64,000 nt of DNA from an uncultured Eubacterium sp. Lineage in GTDB: Bacteria; Bacillota; Clostridia; Peptostreptococcales; Anaerovoracaceae. How positions within the stretch are numbered: the first letter of the stretch is position 1; each line of letters begins with the position of its first letter. Position numbers and translations under genes: made by a program. The notes under the pieces are model-generated. The model did not search any database. It was given only the letters and a program-made list of their open reading frames with translations, and was not told the origin of the DNA. Below are positions 63,348 to 64,000 of the stretch, piece by piece. The stretch lies in NCBI GenBank assembly GCA_902495595.1, contig CABUXV010000006.1:21566-85565 (forward strand), written 5' to 3'.

Positions 63348-64000
63348 CAATATCACCTCCAAGGCTTGCCGTAACAGAAAGTATTTCCCTGTACATAGTC
63401 TGCCTGTCCCTGTCTCCTTTAAATATTTCGCTCCATATTCTGCCATCCTTTAAAAACAATATCCTATCCGCATAAGAACCTATGTCAGCATCATGTGTAA
63501 CCATTAGTATCGTCGTCTTTAATGTCTTATTAAGCATCTGAAAAACTTTCATAAGATTCTTTGAATTTTTAGAGTCCAGCGCCCCTGTAGGTTCATCTGC
63601 CAATACAATAGCCGGATTTGTTATTACAGCTCGTGCGCATGCAGCCCTCTGTCTCTGCCCTCCCGAAAGTTCATAGGGAAATTTTTTAAGCTGTTCATTC
63701 AATCCAAGCATTCCTGAAATATTGTCAACCATCTTATTTGATTTCGCAAAAGATATTTTCTTAAGATTGAGAGGCAAAGCAATATTCTCTTCCACAGTCA
63801 GCGTATCCAATAGATTATAATCTTGAAAAATAAATCCCAGTTTATCCCTTCTGAAATCAGACAAAAACTTTTCTTTCATATCCGCGATATTCCGGTTTTC
63901 CAGAATTATTTTACCTCCGCTGACCCTGTCTATGGTTGAGATAACATTCAGCAAAGTACTCTTGCCTGACCCGGATGCTCCCATAATCGCTGTAAATTCT
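63337..64000 (-). CDS. ABC transporter ATP-binding protein (BceA-like). Its N-terminus lies beyond the window end.
   Basis: Walker A IMGASGSGKST at the window edge; LSGGQRQRAACARA signature. Confidence 0.85.
   Translation of the reverse strand, partial: EFTAIMGASGSGKSTLLNVISTIDRVSGGKIILENRNIADMKEKFLSDFRRDKLGFIFQDYNLLDTLTVEENIALPLNLKKISFAKSNKMVDNISGMLGLNEQLKKFPYELSGGQRQRAACARAVITNPAIVLADEPTGALDSKNSKNLMKVFQMLNKTLKTTILMVTHDADIGSYADRILFLKDGRIWSEIFKGDRDRQTMYREILSVTASLGGDIDVL

Overview
This is a low-GC Firmicutes (Clostridia-like) chromosomal segment, and almost all genes lie on the minus strand. I found no rRNA, tRNA or CRISPR array.

Accessory island (about 780-9907):
- It has the look of a decayed integrative island.
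- It contains a RhuM-family gene, about 2 kb of degraded coding remnants with in-frame stops, and a very AT-rich membrane protein with its own promoter and terminator.
- It contains a translationally coupled two-gene cassette. The upstream gene is a 312-aa protein with a D...ExK nuclease motif and the downstream gene a 748-aa SF2 helicase. I read this as a Hachiman (HamA/HamB)-type anti-phage system.
- It ends in a large serine recombinase pseudogene. That gene has an in-frame TAA and is truncated exactly where the first cassette gene starts. A duplicated 18-bp direct repeat lies just beyond it.

Core region that follows:
- An rlmC-like RNA methyltransferase with an in-frame TAA, then tgt, a Mug-family glycosylase, queA, ruvB, ruvA, ruvC, argR and recN.
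- A DUF523(TudS-like)-shikimate kinase fusion, the ispH-rpsA fusion, rarA, a SPOR protein and two APC permeases.
- A minimal Tad/Flp pilus locus (cpaF, tadB, tadC, an unannotated 58-aa flp pilin, TadE/TadG-like pseudopilins, one of which carries tandem Cys-rich repeats). I saw no prepilin peptidase or TadZ.
- An FGGY kinase, an MFS gene split by an in-frame TAA, and a DeoR regulator.
- An MFS transporter with acylating aldehyde dehydrogenase, ptb and buk, followed by a PucR regulator.
- Tandemly duplicated MFS-amidohydrolase pairs under a MerR/GyrI-like regulator.
- An acyl-CoA dehydrogenase, EtfB, EtfA, family III CoA-transferase and double hotdog operon.
- A CDF transporter, an HD hydrolase, and a Bce-like two-component system with an ABC transporter, truncated at the window end.

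The most unusual observations are the defence cassette sitting inside the recombinase relic, the recurrence of in-frame TAA codons in three otherwise intact genes, the incomplete Tad locus with a Zn-ribbon-like pseudopilin, and the TudS-kinase fusion.
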